Shown: positions 36,301 to 44,568 of the stretch, one piece after another | How the letters are laid out: each line of letters starts with the position of its first letter | Numbering within the stretch: position 1 is the first letter of the stretch | Assembly (NCBI GenBank): GCA_045565995.1 | Contig: JBJLEF010000001.1 | Location: 1,590,182-1,654,181, forward strand | From: Pirellulaceae bacterium | Lineage (GTDB): Bacteria > Planctomycetota > Planctomycetia > Pirellulales > Pirellulaceae | Length of the DNA: 64,000 bases | Direction: 5' to 3' | The notes under the pieces: model-generated | What the model was told of the DNA's origin: nothing | The model's input: only the letters and a program-made list of their open reading frames with translations | Database searches by the model: none | Made by a program: the position numbers and the translations under genes

Positions 36301-38624
36301 TTAGGTATCACACGAAGGCTCGTGCGTTAGCACGTCTGTACTGGGAATACTTTGGTGATAATATCCAAAAGTCGTTGCTCCAGTCACGCTTGAGTGGAGT
36401 AGGGACGATTGCGCAGCTATTCCCAAGTAGTGCCGAACAACAACAGTATGTTGCCGTGATTGAGCCGATGTTGGCTGAGTTTGTGAACTCGACAGGGATG
36501 TTTTCGGAAGACTATGTAAATCAAGCTGCCAACTATCTTTTTGAAGAATTGACAGTTAGTAATCAGTTTGTCATCAGTCGCAAAGCAGCCGAATTGTACG
36601 AAGCTTTTGAACGCCATTTAAAACAGAATAGCTTTGTCGATAAATTCAAATCCAGTGTTACAAAACTCGTCAAGAGCCCTCTGGAGCGATTCATTCTTCT
36701 ACGCGACTGGTTAGAAGCGTTTCTAATGGAAACCACCCAGGATTCGGTCGCAGATGATTACGTGAATGAACTGGCTGTGATGTTGATGAAAGGTTCGTTC
36801 AACAAGAAAAATGTCATCGACGGAACGGTTGAGCGGGTGATCAATGGGATGATTGGTAACCATGGCGTTGTCGAAAAAAATTCATATCAGTTTAATTACA
36901 ACGAATTCATCACCAAGATGGAACGTTTTGAGCGAGTGGTTGTTCCAAAATATCGTGACTATATCGATATTAAAAAAGAAGTGATCGAACGTGCTAAAGA
37001 AGATCTGCGTTTGGATGAATATCGTCCTCGGGTGCTCACGTCATTTGTCCGGAACCGTCTGATTGACGAAGTTTATCTCCCACTGGTTGGTGATAACCTG
37101 GCGAAACAGATTGGTGTGGTCGGCGACCAAAAGCGTACAGACCTGATGGGCTTACTGCTTCTGATTTCTCCTCCGGGTTATGGTAAGACGACGTTGATGG
37201 AGTATGTGGCTAATCGTCTGGGAATTATCTTCATGAAGATTAACGGTCCTGCGATTGGACATGCAGTGACCTCACTAGATCCTGAGGAGGCTCCGAATGC
37301 AGGAGCTCGCGAAGAAGTAGAGAAGTTGAACCTGTCACTTGAAATGGGTGACAATGTGATGATTTATTTGGATGATATCCAGCACTGTAATCCAGAGTTT
37401 CTGCAGAAGTTCATCTCGCTTTGTGACGCTCAAAGAAAAATCGAGGGGGTTTATAAAGGTCAGACTAAAACTTACGACCTACGGGGTCGCAAGGTTTGCG
37501 TCATCATGGCTGGTAACCCGTATACGGAAAGTGGTGAGAAATTCCAGATTCCGGATATGTTGGCCAACCGTGCAGATATCTATAACCTCGGTGAGATTAT
37601 AGGAGATACTCGGGAAGCGTTCGAAATGAGTTACCTTGAAAACTGCCTTACTTCGAATCCAGTGCTCAATAAGCTTGCGAGTCGTAGTCAGAAAGATGTT
37701 TACAATATCATCCGGATTGCTGAAACTGATTCGCAGGAAGGCGTCGAATTTGAGGCTAACTACTCGATGGAAGAAGTTAGCGAAATGGTTAGCACGATGA
37801 AAAAACTGATGCGAGTGCGTGACGTAGTGCTGCAGGTGAATCGTGAATATATTAATTCAGCCGCACAGGCTGATGACTACCGCACGGAGCCTCCATTTAA
37901 ACTACAGGGTTCGTATCGAAATATGAACCGTATTGCTGAGAAGGTTCTTCCGATTATGAACGACGAAGAGCTGGAAACGCTGATTAAAAGCAGCTACGAA
38001 AATGATGCTCAGACGCTTACAAGTGATGCCGAGGCCAATCTCCTCAAACTCTATGAAATGTGTGGTTGGATCGATGAGGAGCGCGCCGCTCGTTGGGATG
38101 ACATTAAGAAAGCCTTCGTCAAAAACATGAAGCTCCGTGGTGTCGGATCCGATGACCAATTTGGGCAGGTCGTACTGCAGATGCAGGGTTTCACGGATGG
38201 TCTGGAAGAAATACGTGAAACAATCAGTGATGGCGTAAAGGATTTGGCGACGACAAAGGCGGAGCCTGTTGTGGTCGAAACGCCAGCTGCTGAAGGAAGC
38301 GAAACTGGTGGCGGAACAGCCGAGGCATTGATGAGCCTGGCAGAGGAATTACGAGCTTATACGACTGGCGCGATTACCGTGGATGAGTCCAAAGGTGTCC
38401 AACGCGTAGCTGTAATGCATAAGGTGCCTAAATCGATCCTCAGTGTGTTGGAGAATCAGTTCCAGGTTATGAATGAGTGGATGAGGCCCATGATGGAATC
38501 ACAGCATGCCAGTGCGCAGACGGTTGAAAAGCTGAGCCAGTCTGTTGATCAATGTCTTAAGTCATATGACAGCCTCATCAGTGGCCTGAGGGGCGACGGT
38601 GACGAGATTAATGCCGAGGAATAA
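33321..38624 (+). CDS. giant (1767 aa) cytoplasmic protein with a single MoxR/dynein/midasin-type AAA+ (AAA_5-like) ATPase domain near aa 1270-1440; remainder beta-rich N-terminal domain plus long alpha-helical regions
   Basis: Walker A is 'LLLISPPGYGKTTLMEYVANRLG' and Walker B is 'VMIYLDDIQHCNPE'. The sensor-1-like 'VCVIMAGNPYTESGEKFQIPDMLANRADIYNL' parallels MoxR 'ATQNP...LPEAQLDRF'. No signal peptide or TM segment is evident. The gene is on the same strand 211 nt after flotillin. Confidence 0.6.
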   Translation: MAQEEQQPDNTQTPEDNSPQLESGTYEIIRNRLKSFAGELRDRLNSLNGARKDVFGAIETTLLGTERVTTAHNCVPRDMIAIGEQFIFGYNIHFGLRQTTHPADVFAVYTFRDGSFHTEESDLLTDSNFERDFQEIYKYYKDAEFTKFFVIGPFVYMTFRVGKGVNDYKSLKWKIEDKKLTYVDNRSDHEVEFPSQHDFPWRRATRDQFEEGRHPHVSIDDRLFVETTGGDLTIKIENNTESGEGIYSEPVENLDQTLDDAEILYAVNGSLILVRIRPYQEESNRYFIYNDKVKRVWRCDSIEESCVLLPDDHGVIFANGYALATGEFKVFDTELQHLKFDRRLDAPNGEDYLYVFYCEDTGTYVLLRYNLIQQEVDTPVICNGTSFFQAGEMICFRAQAEPQKHHALQIWQTPYVSEDYVLDTNTDSFLYKIGNKDLVRGMAECYEVISLIEKDDSYSGLYTDLAKAAGDVADAYFWSTNEECFRISEPLAEIRQAAESAIDEFEKVVRVKQNTLDQTRQVEARVTEILRVVQNSRFENIDEFVQALAELRAVRGEIISLRELRYNNPELINDLESQVSESNDRLSQRCVEFLLRDDALAPYAKRVDGQADAIPALTKVTDAKGLENEISASASELEMLIDIVSNLEIEDATQRTRIIENISTIFGKVNTARASLKGKVKDLMSVEGIAEFNSQMKLLNQAVVNYLDICDTPQKCEEFLTKMMIQLEELEGRFAEFDEFVVQLTDKREEVYNAFETRKVSLVEERNKRASSLMNAADRILKGVKSRVDSLESVNEINAYFASDLMIEKIRDLVDQLKHLDDSVKVDDVQSRLKTVREDAVRQLKDRQELFVDGENVIKFGKNNFSVNIQSLDLTSVLRDGEMFYHLTGTDFFERIDDEELLATRDVWQQEVISENTEVYRGEYLAYQMFAELHDNTEMSLEAFSGLDDEQRVAELQKFMGPRYTEAYAKGVHDLDAAKLVKTLAEMELSIGLLRYHTKARALARLYWEYFGDNIQKSLLQSRLSGVGTIAQLFPSSAEQQQYVAVIEPMLAEFVNSTGMFSEDYVNQAANYLFEELTVSNQFVISRKAAELYEAFERHLKQNSFVDKFKSSVTKLVKSPLERFILLRDWLEAFLMETTQDSVADDYVNELAVMLMKGSFNKKNVIDGTVERVINGMIGNHGVVEKNSYQFNYNEFITKMERFERVVVPKYRDYIDIKKEVIERAKEDLRLDEYRPRVLTSFVRNRLIDEVYLPLVGDNLAKQIGVVGDQKRTDLMGLLLLISPPGYGKTTLMEYVANRLGIIFMKINGPAIGHAVTSLDPEEAPNAGAREEVEKLNLSLEMGDNVMIYLDDIQHCNPEFLQKFISLCDAQRKIEGVYKGQTKTYDLRGRKVCVIMAGNPYTESGEKFQIPDMLANRADIYNLGEIIGDTREAFEMSYLENCLTSNPVLNKLASRSQKDVYNIIRIAETDSQEGVEFEANYSMEEVSEMVSTMKKLMRVRDVVLQVNREYINSAAQADDYRTEPPFKLQGSYRNMNRIAEKVLPIMNDEELETLIKSSYENDAQTLTSDAEANLLKLYEMCGWIDEERAARWDDIKKAFVKNMKLRGVGSDDQFGQVVLQMQGFTDGLEEIRETISDGVKDLATTKAEPVVVETPAAEGSETGGGTAEALMSLAEELRAYTTGAITVDESKGVQRVAVMHKVPKSILSVLENQFQVMNEWMRPMMESQHASAQTVEKLSQSVDQCLKSYDSLISGLRGDGDEINAEE

Positions 38625-38645
38625 TCCTTTCAGGCAGAGGATTTT

Positions 38646-39764
38646 TCATATCGTTAACCAACGATCGCGGCTGGAAACTTCCCAGTTTTCAGAGACCTGC
38701 CCGTCTTCGATCACATAAGCGGATTTATGAAGTGCGCTTGTTGGGCAAATATGCCCCGGAACAGCTAGAAGTTCATCCCCCGGTAGGAAATCACTCGCGT
38801 TTTCGAGACGTAAGACCAGATGCTCCTCGTTTTGAAGAATCGGTTCTGCGTTAGGCAGATCCGGAAAGACGACTCGTTTCGTGACATCAGGATCAGAGGC
38901 ACAGGCTTTATAGCCCAGATCGACAGTGATTGTCTCTTCGGTGGGCCGACTGATCACTCTGGTGAGGATTCGAGCTGCAGGTATGTATTGAAGGTCCGGA
39001 AACATTTTACCGTAGTTGTTATCAAAGAATGTGTTGGTACCGGGACTTAATTCCAAAGCTGGATCAGAGATAGAAGCATAAACCGGGAAGCTCCCGGTTC
39101 CGCCTGCGACGATGCGGGGTACGCTGAGTCCCTCACTCTCGAGTTGATCGCGGAAGTTGGAGGCTAATTGCCAACAGGACATCACGGCCTGCCGACGCGC
39201 TTCCAAGTCGGTCTGGTGATTCTGTCCATCATACAAATGAATGCCTCCAGGTGTGATGCCTGGCAGATCGTCAAATAACTGGTAGATCTGTGTTGCCGTT
39301 TCGCCGGGTGTGATTCCTGTTCGATGTTGCCCGGAATCTAAATCTAGCAGCAGTTCAATCGATTGATTTGCTGCTGACATCGCTTGCGAAAGCTGACGGA
39401 CAGGAGCTTCATGGTCAGCTGTTGCTATCAACTGTACGTCGTTGTATCGCGTCACGAAATCGACGGCTCGTCGAATATTCGGACCGACAAGATTGTATCC
39501 CAGTAGAATATCTTTGACGCCGGCTGCTGCCAGCATTTCCGCTTCGGCAAAGGTCGCACATTTGTGCTTTGTAATTCCCATTCCGAGTTGGATCTTAGTC
39601 ACGGCTTCCATTTTGTGTGTCTTGCAGTGAGGACGCAAGCGAGTGACGTCTCCGGCTTCCCGAAGCATTTCAGCCAGATTTTCATTCATCACTTCACGAA
39701 AAACAACCAAGCCAGGTGAGACGATTGATGAGGTGTCCTGAATTTTGAAATTGCATGCAGTCAT
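38646..39764 (-). CDS. PLP-dependent enzyme of the alanine-racemase-fold DSD1/D-threonine aldolase family
   Basis: 'RLRPHCKTHKM' matches the PLP-lysine block 'RPHxKTHK' of this family. The ~370-aa size fits. Confidence 0.6.
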   Translation of the reverse strand: MTACNFKIQDTSSIVSPGLVVFREVMNENLAEMLREAGDVTRLRPHCKTHKMEAVTKIQLGMGITKHKCATFAEAEMLAAAGVKDILLGYNLVGPNIRRAVDFVTRYNDVQLIATADHEAPVRQLSQAMSAANQSIELLLDLDSGQHRTGITPGETATQIYQLFDDLPGITPGGIHLYDGQNHQTDLEARRQAVMSCWQLASNFRDQLESEGLSVPRIVAGGTGSFPVYASISDPALELSPGTNTFFDNNYGKMFPDLQYIPAARILTRVISRPTEETITVDLGYKACASDPDVTKRVVFPDLPNAEPILQNEEHLVLRLENASDFLPGDELLAVPGHICPTSALHKSAYVIEDGQVSENWEVSSRDRWLTI

Positions 39765-39804
39765 TTTTATACTCGGTGATTACGGTGTTAAATCGTAATG
39801 CATT

Positions 39805-40779
39805 TTAATGAGATTGCTCCCGGTTTACCAAATAGATTCCGCTCGCCACCAGAATCAAGGAGACAAAAATCCAGGATGACAAAGGGTCGTCTCGGAATAT
39901 GGCTGCTGCCGAGATTCCAAATAGTGGAGTAAGGAAGCTGAAAACGGAAATCCTGGTGGCAGAGTATTTCTTTAATAGCATCGTTTGGACGGCGAAGCAC
40001 ATACCTCCCACGATGATGCCCTGATAGACCAGTCCAAAGATAACTTCGTCGTTCACATGCTCTATCGAAATCTGGCCCACCTCAAAGAATAGAGCAGTGG
40101 GGATGAACCAAAGGACTCCGATAAAGTCATGCCAAAGAATGATCGTTCCTGCAGGTACTTTGGCCAGACTGGCTTTGATAAACAATATTTTGATTGCCAG
40201 AATTAAAGCACTCACGATGATGATCATATCGCCAACAATACTTGCCTGATCCGTCGTTGGGGTATTGTTATGGGAAGACTTGATGATCAATGTAACCAGA
40301 GCACTTGCCCCGGCTAACAGGCAACCGAATAGCTGAATCTTCGTGATCCGATGATTGCCGGTGAAGAAGTGCTCGAAGACCAGTACCCAGATGATGTAGG
40401 TGTTAATCAGGATCGTGGTGTGGGTCGAGTTGGTCAGATGAACGCCAATAGTAAAGGTGGCGATTTGAGCGAACAGTAGCGTTCCGGCAAGAAAGCACGG
40501 GCCAAGCTGTCCACGAGTAAGTTTAATCGGTTCCTTTAATAGTCGACACCAAACGACCATAAATAGCGTGGCCATGGCAAAGCGAATTCCGCTGACCGTA
40601 AGCGGTGGTAGACCTAGCAGCGTTTCCTCTGAGAAGAGGCTGTATTTCGCCGCAACAGGATTTCCTCCCCAGCAAGCAGAAGTCAATATTACTAAGCCGA
40701 TGGCCGAAAAGGGTAGTGCAATATTGTTTGAGTCTTGGGACGTCGGTTCAACTGGAGTAAACTTACCGGTATCGTTCAT
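39805..40779 (-). CDS. EamA/DMT-superfamily transporter (10-TM)
   Basis: Two repeated 5-TM hydrophobic halves of ~140 aa are present. The size and composition are typical of EamA permeases. Confidence 0.6.
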   Translation of the reverse strand: MNDTGKFTPVEPTSQDSNNIALPFSAIGLVILTSACWGGNPVAAKYSLFSEETLLGLPPLTVSGIRFAMATLFMVVWCRLLKEPIKLTRGQLGPCFLAGTLLFAQIATFTIGVHLTNSTHTTILINTYIIWVLVFEHFFTGNHRITKIQLFGCLLAGASALVTLIIKSSHNNTPTTDQASIVGDMIIIVSALILAIKILFIKASLAKVPAGTIILWHDFIGVLWFIPTALFFEVGQISIEHVNDEVIFGLVYQGIIVGGMCFAVQTMLLKKYSATRISVFSFLTPLFGISAAAIFRDDPLSSWIFVSLILVASGIYLVNREQSH

Positions 40780-40899
40780 TGCTTTGAATTATGAGCGGAA
40801 ACGTGCATCGTAAACCACCATGTATACTAAAGCCACACCTATGTCTGACAGACTGCCTGAAAAAGCGTAGTTCGTGGTTGATCTTTAATTAAGCGAGAC

Positions 40900-42789
40900 G
40901 TGATGTATTACAAATATTTTTTGGCTTTCATTATTCCGCAGATTTTAAGTTTTTCCCCAATTTCTGTTTTTGCAGCCCAGAGACCAAACGTTGTTTACAT
41001 CATGGCTGATGAACTTGGTTATTTTGAACCGTCTTTTATGGGAAGTCAGACAATCCAGACCCCACGTATTGACGAGTTGGCGCGTCAGGGCGTGTGGTTT
41101 ACTCAGGGTTTGGCAGGATCTTCGGTCTGCGCCCCAACACGATGTTGTTTTTTGACAGGCAAACACTCCGGTCATACTTCTGTTCGGGTGAACGGGGGGG
41201 GGACCCCGCTGCGAAGTGAAGAGGTGACGATTGGAACCATCCTGAAGGAAAGAGGGTACGCCACTGGAGGTTTTGGGAAATGGGGATGTGGTGGCCGCGG
41301 TTCCACCGGAGTTCCTGAGCAGCATGGCTTTGACTTGTTTGTTGGCTATTATGATCAGGTTCATGCCCACAGTTATTATCCACCCTATATCATCCAAAAT
41401 AGTCAGGAGTTGAGGTTGCCTGGAAACCTTGGTGGCGATCAGGGTCAGACATATTCGCACTACGTGATTATGGATCGGGCAAAACAGTTTATTCGTGAGA
41501 ATCAGACAGAGCCATTCTTTTGTTATTTGCCGATCACTCCCCCTCATGGGATGTTCAACATCCCGGACCAGGATCCTGCCTGGGAAAAGTATCGTGATAA
41601 GGATTGGCCTGAATCCGCCAGACGTTATGCAGCGATGGTTACGATGGTCGATCGTCAGGTTGGTGAGATGATTGATCTGCTACAGGAACTGGATCTGGCA
41701 GAAAATACGATTGTATTTTTCAGTGGTGACAATGGCGGCAACGATTATTTCAAATCGGACGAGTATCCGCGTGGACTACATGGGGCGAATGTTCATCCAG
41801 AAACCGGTGAGCAGTTTCGGGGTACGAAAGGAACATTGTATGAAGGGGGATTGCGAATCCCTGCTTTGGCCTACTGGCCGGGAAGAATCGAAGGAGGCCG
41901 TGTTAGTGATCACCTCTGGTATTTTCCCGATATTCTTCCCACTCTTGCGGACATCACAGGAGCTAAAGCCCCAAAGGATATTGATGGAATTTCTTTCTGG
42001 CCGGAGTTACAGGGGAAATACTCGCGCAGAAAACAGGCTCAGCATGAATATCTGTATTGGGAAATTGGAGGGCAAAGAGCTTTGCGATTTAAACAAATGA
42101 AGGCGATCCAACCCGGTGCACAGCGTGATTGGGAACTGTACGATTTGTCAGATGATATCAGTGAATCGGTTAATGTGGCGGAGCAGCAGGGGGAGTTGCT
42201 TGAAGTGATGAAAATGTTTGCGAATTCCGCGCATACTGATGCAAGAGAGGGAACGTTCGCCGACCGCGTGAATCATGAAAAAGACCGACAGGCAAAATGG
42301 GGTTCGACGCGAGTGACTTCGTCGCCACAGAACGTTTCGAAACTGGACACTAAAGGGCTGATTGCGCAAAACGAATGTAAAATTGTAGATTTCAGCAGCC
42401 AAAGTATAGCTGGGAAGCGATTGGCTCAATATGTACTGGATGGTAATCCTCGCACGCATTGGCATACAGAATATGTTCCGGAGGTGCGGAAACAACCTCA
42501 CCACTTAGTTATCGATTTGGGAAAGCCGCGTTCTGTGACGGGTATTCGGTATCTTGCCAGACAGGATGGTGGATACAATGGTGCGATTGCCAGATTTGAA
42601 GTCTACGTAAGTCAGGATGGTGTGAAATTTGAAACACCGGTGGCAACCGGTACGTTTCAACGTAACCGGAGTAATCAGCAACAGACCTTCAGTGAGGTTT
42701 CTGCAAGGTTTGTAAAAATAGTTGCTCTCACTGAAGTTAACGGCGGTCCCTGGGCATCGGCAGCCGAGATTGGAGTCATTGGAAAGTGA
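40900..42789 (+). CDS. arylsulfatase (formylglycine-dependent) with C-terminal F5/8 type C (discoidin) domain; secreted
   Basis: A signal peptide precedes 'RPNVVYIMADELGY' and the sulfatase signature 'SVCAPTRCCFLTGKHSGHTS' (C-x-P-x-R). The C-terminal 'YVLDGNPRTHWHTEY...IRYLARQDGG' is discoidin-like. Confidence 0.85.
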   Translation: MMYYKYFLAFIIPQILSFSPISVFAAQRPNVVYIMADELGYFEPSFMGSQTIQTPRIDELARQGVWFTQGLAGSSVCAPTRCCFLTGKHSGHTSVRVNGGGTPLRSEEVTIGTILKERGYATGGFGKWGCGGRGSTGVPEQHGFDLFVGYYDQVHAHSYYPPYIIQNSQELRLPGNLGGDQGQTYSHYVIMDRAKQFIRENQTEPFFCYLPITPPHGMFNIPDQDPAWEKYRDKDWPESARRYAAMVTMVDRQVGEMIDLLQELDLAENTIVFFSGDNGGNDYFKSDEYPRGLHGANVHPETGEQFRGTKGTLYEGGLRIPALAYWPGRIEGGRVSDHLWYFPDILPTLADITGAKAPKDIDGISFWPELQGKYSRRKQAQHEYLYWEIGGQRALRFKQMKAIQPGAQRDWELYDLSDDISESVNVAEQQGELLEVMKMFANSAHTDAREGTFADRVNHEKDRQAKWGSTRVTSSPQNVSKLDTKGLIAQNECKIVDFSSQSIAGKRLAQYVLDGNPRTHWHTEYVPEVRKQPHHLVIDLGKPRSVTGIRYLARQDGGYNGAIARFEVYVSQDGVKFETPVATGTFQRNRSNQQQTFSEVSARFVKIVALTEVNGGPWASAAEIGVIGK

Positions 42790-44531
42790 TTAATCCCCAA
42801 CTGAATCTAATTGTATTGGTCTTTGTTTGTCTGCCATGGACCATGGTCACAAGCAAGGCTGCCGAACCGATACGCTGTGAAGGTATGTACCCGCATCATT
42901 TACAGGGAGTCTGTCAGGATCCTGACGGAAATTTGTACTGGTCCTTTACCACCACGCTGGTCAAAACAGATTCCATGGGGCAGGTTCTGAAAAAACTGGA
43001 AGTTGCCAATCATCACGGAGACCTGTGTTATGTGGAGGGTCGATTGTTTGTAGCGGTCAATTACGGACAGTTTAATAATCCGTTGGGCCAAGCGAAAAAT
43101 GAAATTGTGGTTTATCAGGCCGAGACACTACAAGAACAGGCACGCTATAAAATACCTCAGGTCAAATACGGTGCTGGTGGAATTGCACACCACGACGGAA
43201 AATTTATTGTGGTAGGTGGTTTGCCAAGCGGCGTCGAGCAAAACTATTTATACGAATATAACGCGTCGTTCATTTTTCAGAAAAGACACGTGCTGGACAG
43301 TGGCTGGACCCGCCTGGGTATTCAGGCGGCGGCATTTGCTGACGGTGTGTGGTGGTTTGGATGTTATGGAAATATATTGCTAAAAGCGTCATCCGATTTC
43401 GAAATGCTGGGTCGTTATAAATTTGACTGCGGTTACGGAATCGAGCAAGCGATAGGGGGCGGACTGTTGACCGCTGGTGGACAATGTGTTGACGACATGG
43501 GTTGCTCGGGTTGGATCACCAGAAGATTCACTCATCAAATGATTTCTGAACAAGTGCCAAAACCAATAACACGAATTGGTTTTGGCTCGTGTGTGAAACA
43601 GCAGAATCCGGCGCCATTGTTTTCCAATATTCTGAGCTACGATCCGGAGCTATTTTTGTTCATGGGAGATAATATCTACGGTGATTCTGATGATATGGCT
43701 GTCCTGAAGGCCAAGTATCAGGCACTGGGAAGAAAGCCCATGTTTCAGAAATTGGTGCAAAAGTCGGTTGTCCTGGCAACATGGGATGATCATGACTACG
43801 GTATGAATGATGGGGGAGCTGGATTCGTACAAAGAGAGGCTTCCCAACAGGTCTTTGTGGATTTCTGGAACGATGGACCGGATTCACCGCGTCGCGCGAG
43901 ACCAGGTGTGTATGACTCGTACGTTTTCGGTCCGGCGGGTAAACGTGTCCAGGTTATTCTTTTAGACACACGGTTTTTTCGTTCAGATCTTAAGACCGGA
44001 CCGCGGCGAGTCGGAGGACCTTACTATCCTGATAAGAATCCGCAGCTGACGATGCTGGGTGAGGTGCAGTGGAAATGGCTGGAAAAGCAGCTCCGGCAGC
44101 CGGCAGAAATTCGGATTATGGTCTCCAGTATTCAGTTTGTTCCCACAGCATCGGGACAGGAAACATGGGATAATCTACCACTGGAGCGACAGCGATTCTT
44201 GGACTTGCTGGCAAAATCAAAGGCTTCTGGATTGTTCGTTGTGTCCGGCGATCGTCACTGGTCTGATTTTTCCAGAATGACGGAAGGTTTGCCGTACCCT
44301 CTGTATGATTTTACCTCGAGTAGTATCAATCAACTGCATTCACGCGGAACGCCGACAAACAATCCCCATCGGTTACTGGACAGGACATTCCACAAAGAAA
44401 ATTTTGGAACCATTGATATCGACTGGAGTCAGGAGGATCCTGAAATTGAGGTGAAAATCGTGGATCTTGATGACAACGTACCATTATCACATTCCTTTAA
44501 ACTGAGTTCATTGCAGGCCGCCCCTAAGTAA
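42786..44531 (+). CDS. PhoD-like calcineurin-type metallophosphatase (alkaline phosphatase D family) with ~230-aa N-terminal domain; secreted
   Basis: A signal peptide is followed by 'LFMGDNIYGDSDD', 'ATWDDHDYGMNDGG' and 'VVSGDRHWSDF' (GDxxY/WDDHD/GDRH). Its start overlaps the sulfatase stop by 4 nt. Confidence 0.65.
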   Translation: MINPQLNLIVLVFVCLPWTMVTSKAAEPIRCEGMYPHHLQGVCQDPDGNLYWSFTTTLVKTDSMGQVLKKLEVANHHGDLCYVEGRLFVAVNYGQFNNPLGQAKNEIVVYQAETLQEQARYKIPQVKYGAGGIAHHDGKFIVVGGLPSGVEQNYLYEYNASFIFQKRHVLDSGWTRLGIQAAAFADGVWWFGCYGNILLKASSDFEMLGRYKFDCGYGIEQAIGGGLLTAGGQCVDDMGCSGWITRRFTHQMISEQVPKPITRIGFGSCVKQQNPAPLFSNILSYDPELFLFMGDNIYGDSDDMAVLKAKYQALGRKPMFQKLVQKSVVLATWDDHDYGMNDGGAGFVQREASQQVFVDFWNDGPDSPRRARPGVYDSYVFGPAGKRVQVILLDTRFFRSDLKTGPRRVGGPYYPDKNPQLTMLGEVQWKWLEKQLRQPAEIRIMVSSIQFVPTASGQETWDNLPLERQRFLDLLAKSKASGLFVVSGDRHWSDFSRMTEGLPYPLYDFTSSSINQLHSRGTPTNNPHRLLDRTFHKENFGTIDIDWSQEDPEIEVKIVDLDDNVPLSHSFKLSSLQAAPK

Positions 44532-44568
44532 ATCAGTCTGCACCGGGAGTCGCCGTTCTACGACAGGA

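Noticed and set aside
38646-39764. Possibility that this PLP enzyme is a true alanine racemase (alr)
   Set aside because: The lysine context 'RPHCKTHK' matches the DSD1/D-threonine aldolase subgroup rather than the Alr 'AVVKANAYGHG' motif.
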